Shown here piece by piece: positions 63,548-64,000 of a stretch of 64,000 nt of DNA (positions are counted from its first letter, which is position 1; each line of letters starts with the position of its first letter). Below the pieces are notes generated by a model. The model searched no databases and was not told the origin of the DNA. It was given only the letters and a program-made list of their open reading frames with translations. Source of the stretch: a virus. Lineage: Duplodnaviria > Caudoviricetes. The DNA is taken from the IMG/VR virus record IMGVR_UViG_3300027898_000001, one strand, 5' to 3'. Position numbers and translations under genes: made by a program.

Positions 63548-64000
63548 ATGTACGCTGTCTTAAAATTTAATACTTGGGGTGCGCCTACACAAGTCTACGC
63601 TGCAATTATGTCTATCATGCAGGGTAATACATTAGCTGCTGCAGGTACTGCGAGTGCGGGCCAACTTAGTGTTACAGGATCTAAATTAGTGGGCAATGCT
63701 GCGTCGGATGCTTGGACTTTTGTCGATTCAAGTACACTCATGGTACCAAACAGTACAGTAAATTCTCAGAATAAATATATACGTTTTACAGGACTAGGTG
63801 TTGTGACTGTATTGTTCAGTAAAACATCTGCATTTGGTAGTACAGACACTTTTGCAGGTACCAGTTCTAGTGCCCAGACTATACTCACGCAAAGTAATCT
63901 AAATGGTGTATCTAATAGTGCGAATGCTCCACTCCTAGTGCATTTAAGTTTTTCTAAACACCACTTTATGTTGGCTACAATGTCACAAGCAACAGGTGCT
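63548..64000 (+). CDS. Virion fibre-like protein, 3'-truncated by window edge (not in ORF track)
   Basis: Open frame MYAVLKFNTWGAPTQVYAAIMSIMQG... to window end; AAGGAG RBS. Confidence 0.7.
   Translation, partial: MYAVLKFNTWGAPTQVYAAIMSIMQGNTLAAAGTASAGQLSVTGSKLVGNAASDAWTFVDSSTLMVPNSTVNSQNKYIRFTGLGVVTVLFSKTSAFGSTDTFAGTSSSAQTILTQSNLNGVSNSANAPLLVHLSFSKHHFMLATMSQATGA

Noticed and set aside
1-64000. Alternative genetic code (stop-codon recoding) as in some jumbo phages
   Set aside because: Standard-code ORFs tile the window densely, conserved enzymes are uninterrupted, and all three stops terminate genes at sensible boundaries.

Overview
This is a 64-kb segment of an AT-rich, densely coding jumbo myovirus-like phage genome. 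Every convincing gene lies on the + strand, and the - strand ORFs look like shadows. From left to right it carries: small early/accessory genes; a nucleoid/replication block (HU-like protein, several very acidic or Lys-rich low-complexity proteins, a SWIM-finger protein with an intein, a sigma70-family factor, an SSB-like protein, RecA/UvsX with a P-loop intein); a host-like cassette (winged-helix protein plus a ThDP-dependent acetolactate-synthase-family enzyme); more accessory genes (DEDD exonuclease, MgtC, KTSC, HNH); a second sigma-like gene, DnaB helicase, terminase large subunit, portal, a gp5-like baseplate protein and beta-rich virion proteins; then SprT protease, HD, NUDIX, PD-(D/E)XK and MmcB-like genes. 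Gene content and order recall Lu11/PaBG/Y3-type jumbo myoviruses, but this is from memory and was not searched. The most unusual signals are non-coding. (i) A roughly 140-nt multi-stem RNA candidate at 57691-57831 has a tRNA-elbow-like subdomain. (ii) A 104-bp sigma70 promoter/leader element is dispersed in 4 copies plus 1 partial copy, with invariant spacing and a covarying hairpin. (iii) Two further putative promoter motifs (TGTAAATA and RTAATTTA) occur, several inside hairpins that would occlude ribosome-binding sites. (iv) A four-hairpin TATCA array lies at 39937-40053. There is also a set of apparent pseudo-enzymes (ligase, methyltransferase, helicase half and thymidylate-synthase folds lacking catalytic residues). 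All family assignments come from motif recognition by eye, and no searches or folding programs were run. No tRNA, rRNA or CRISPR array was seen.
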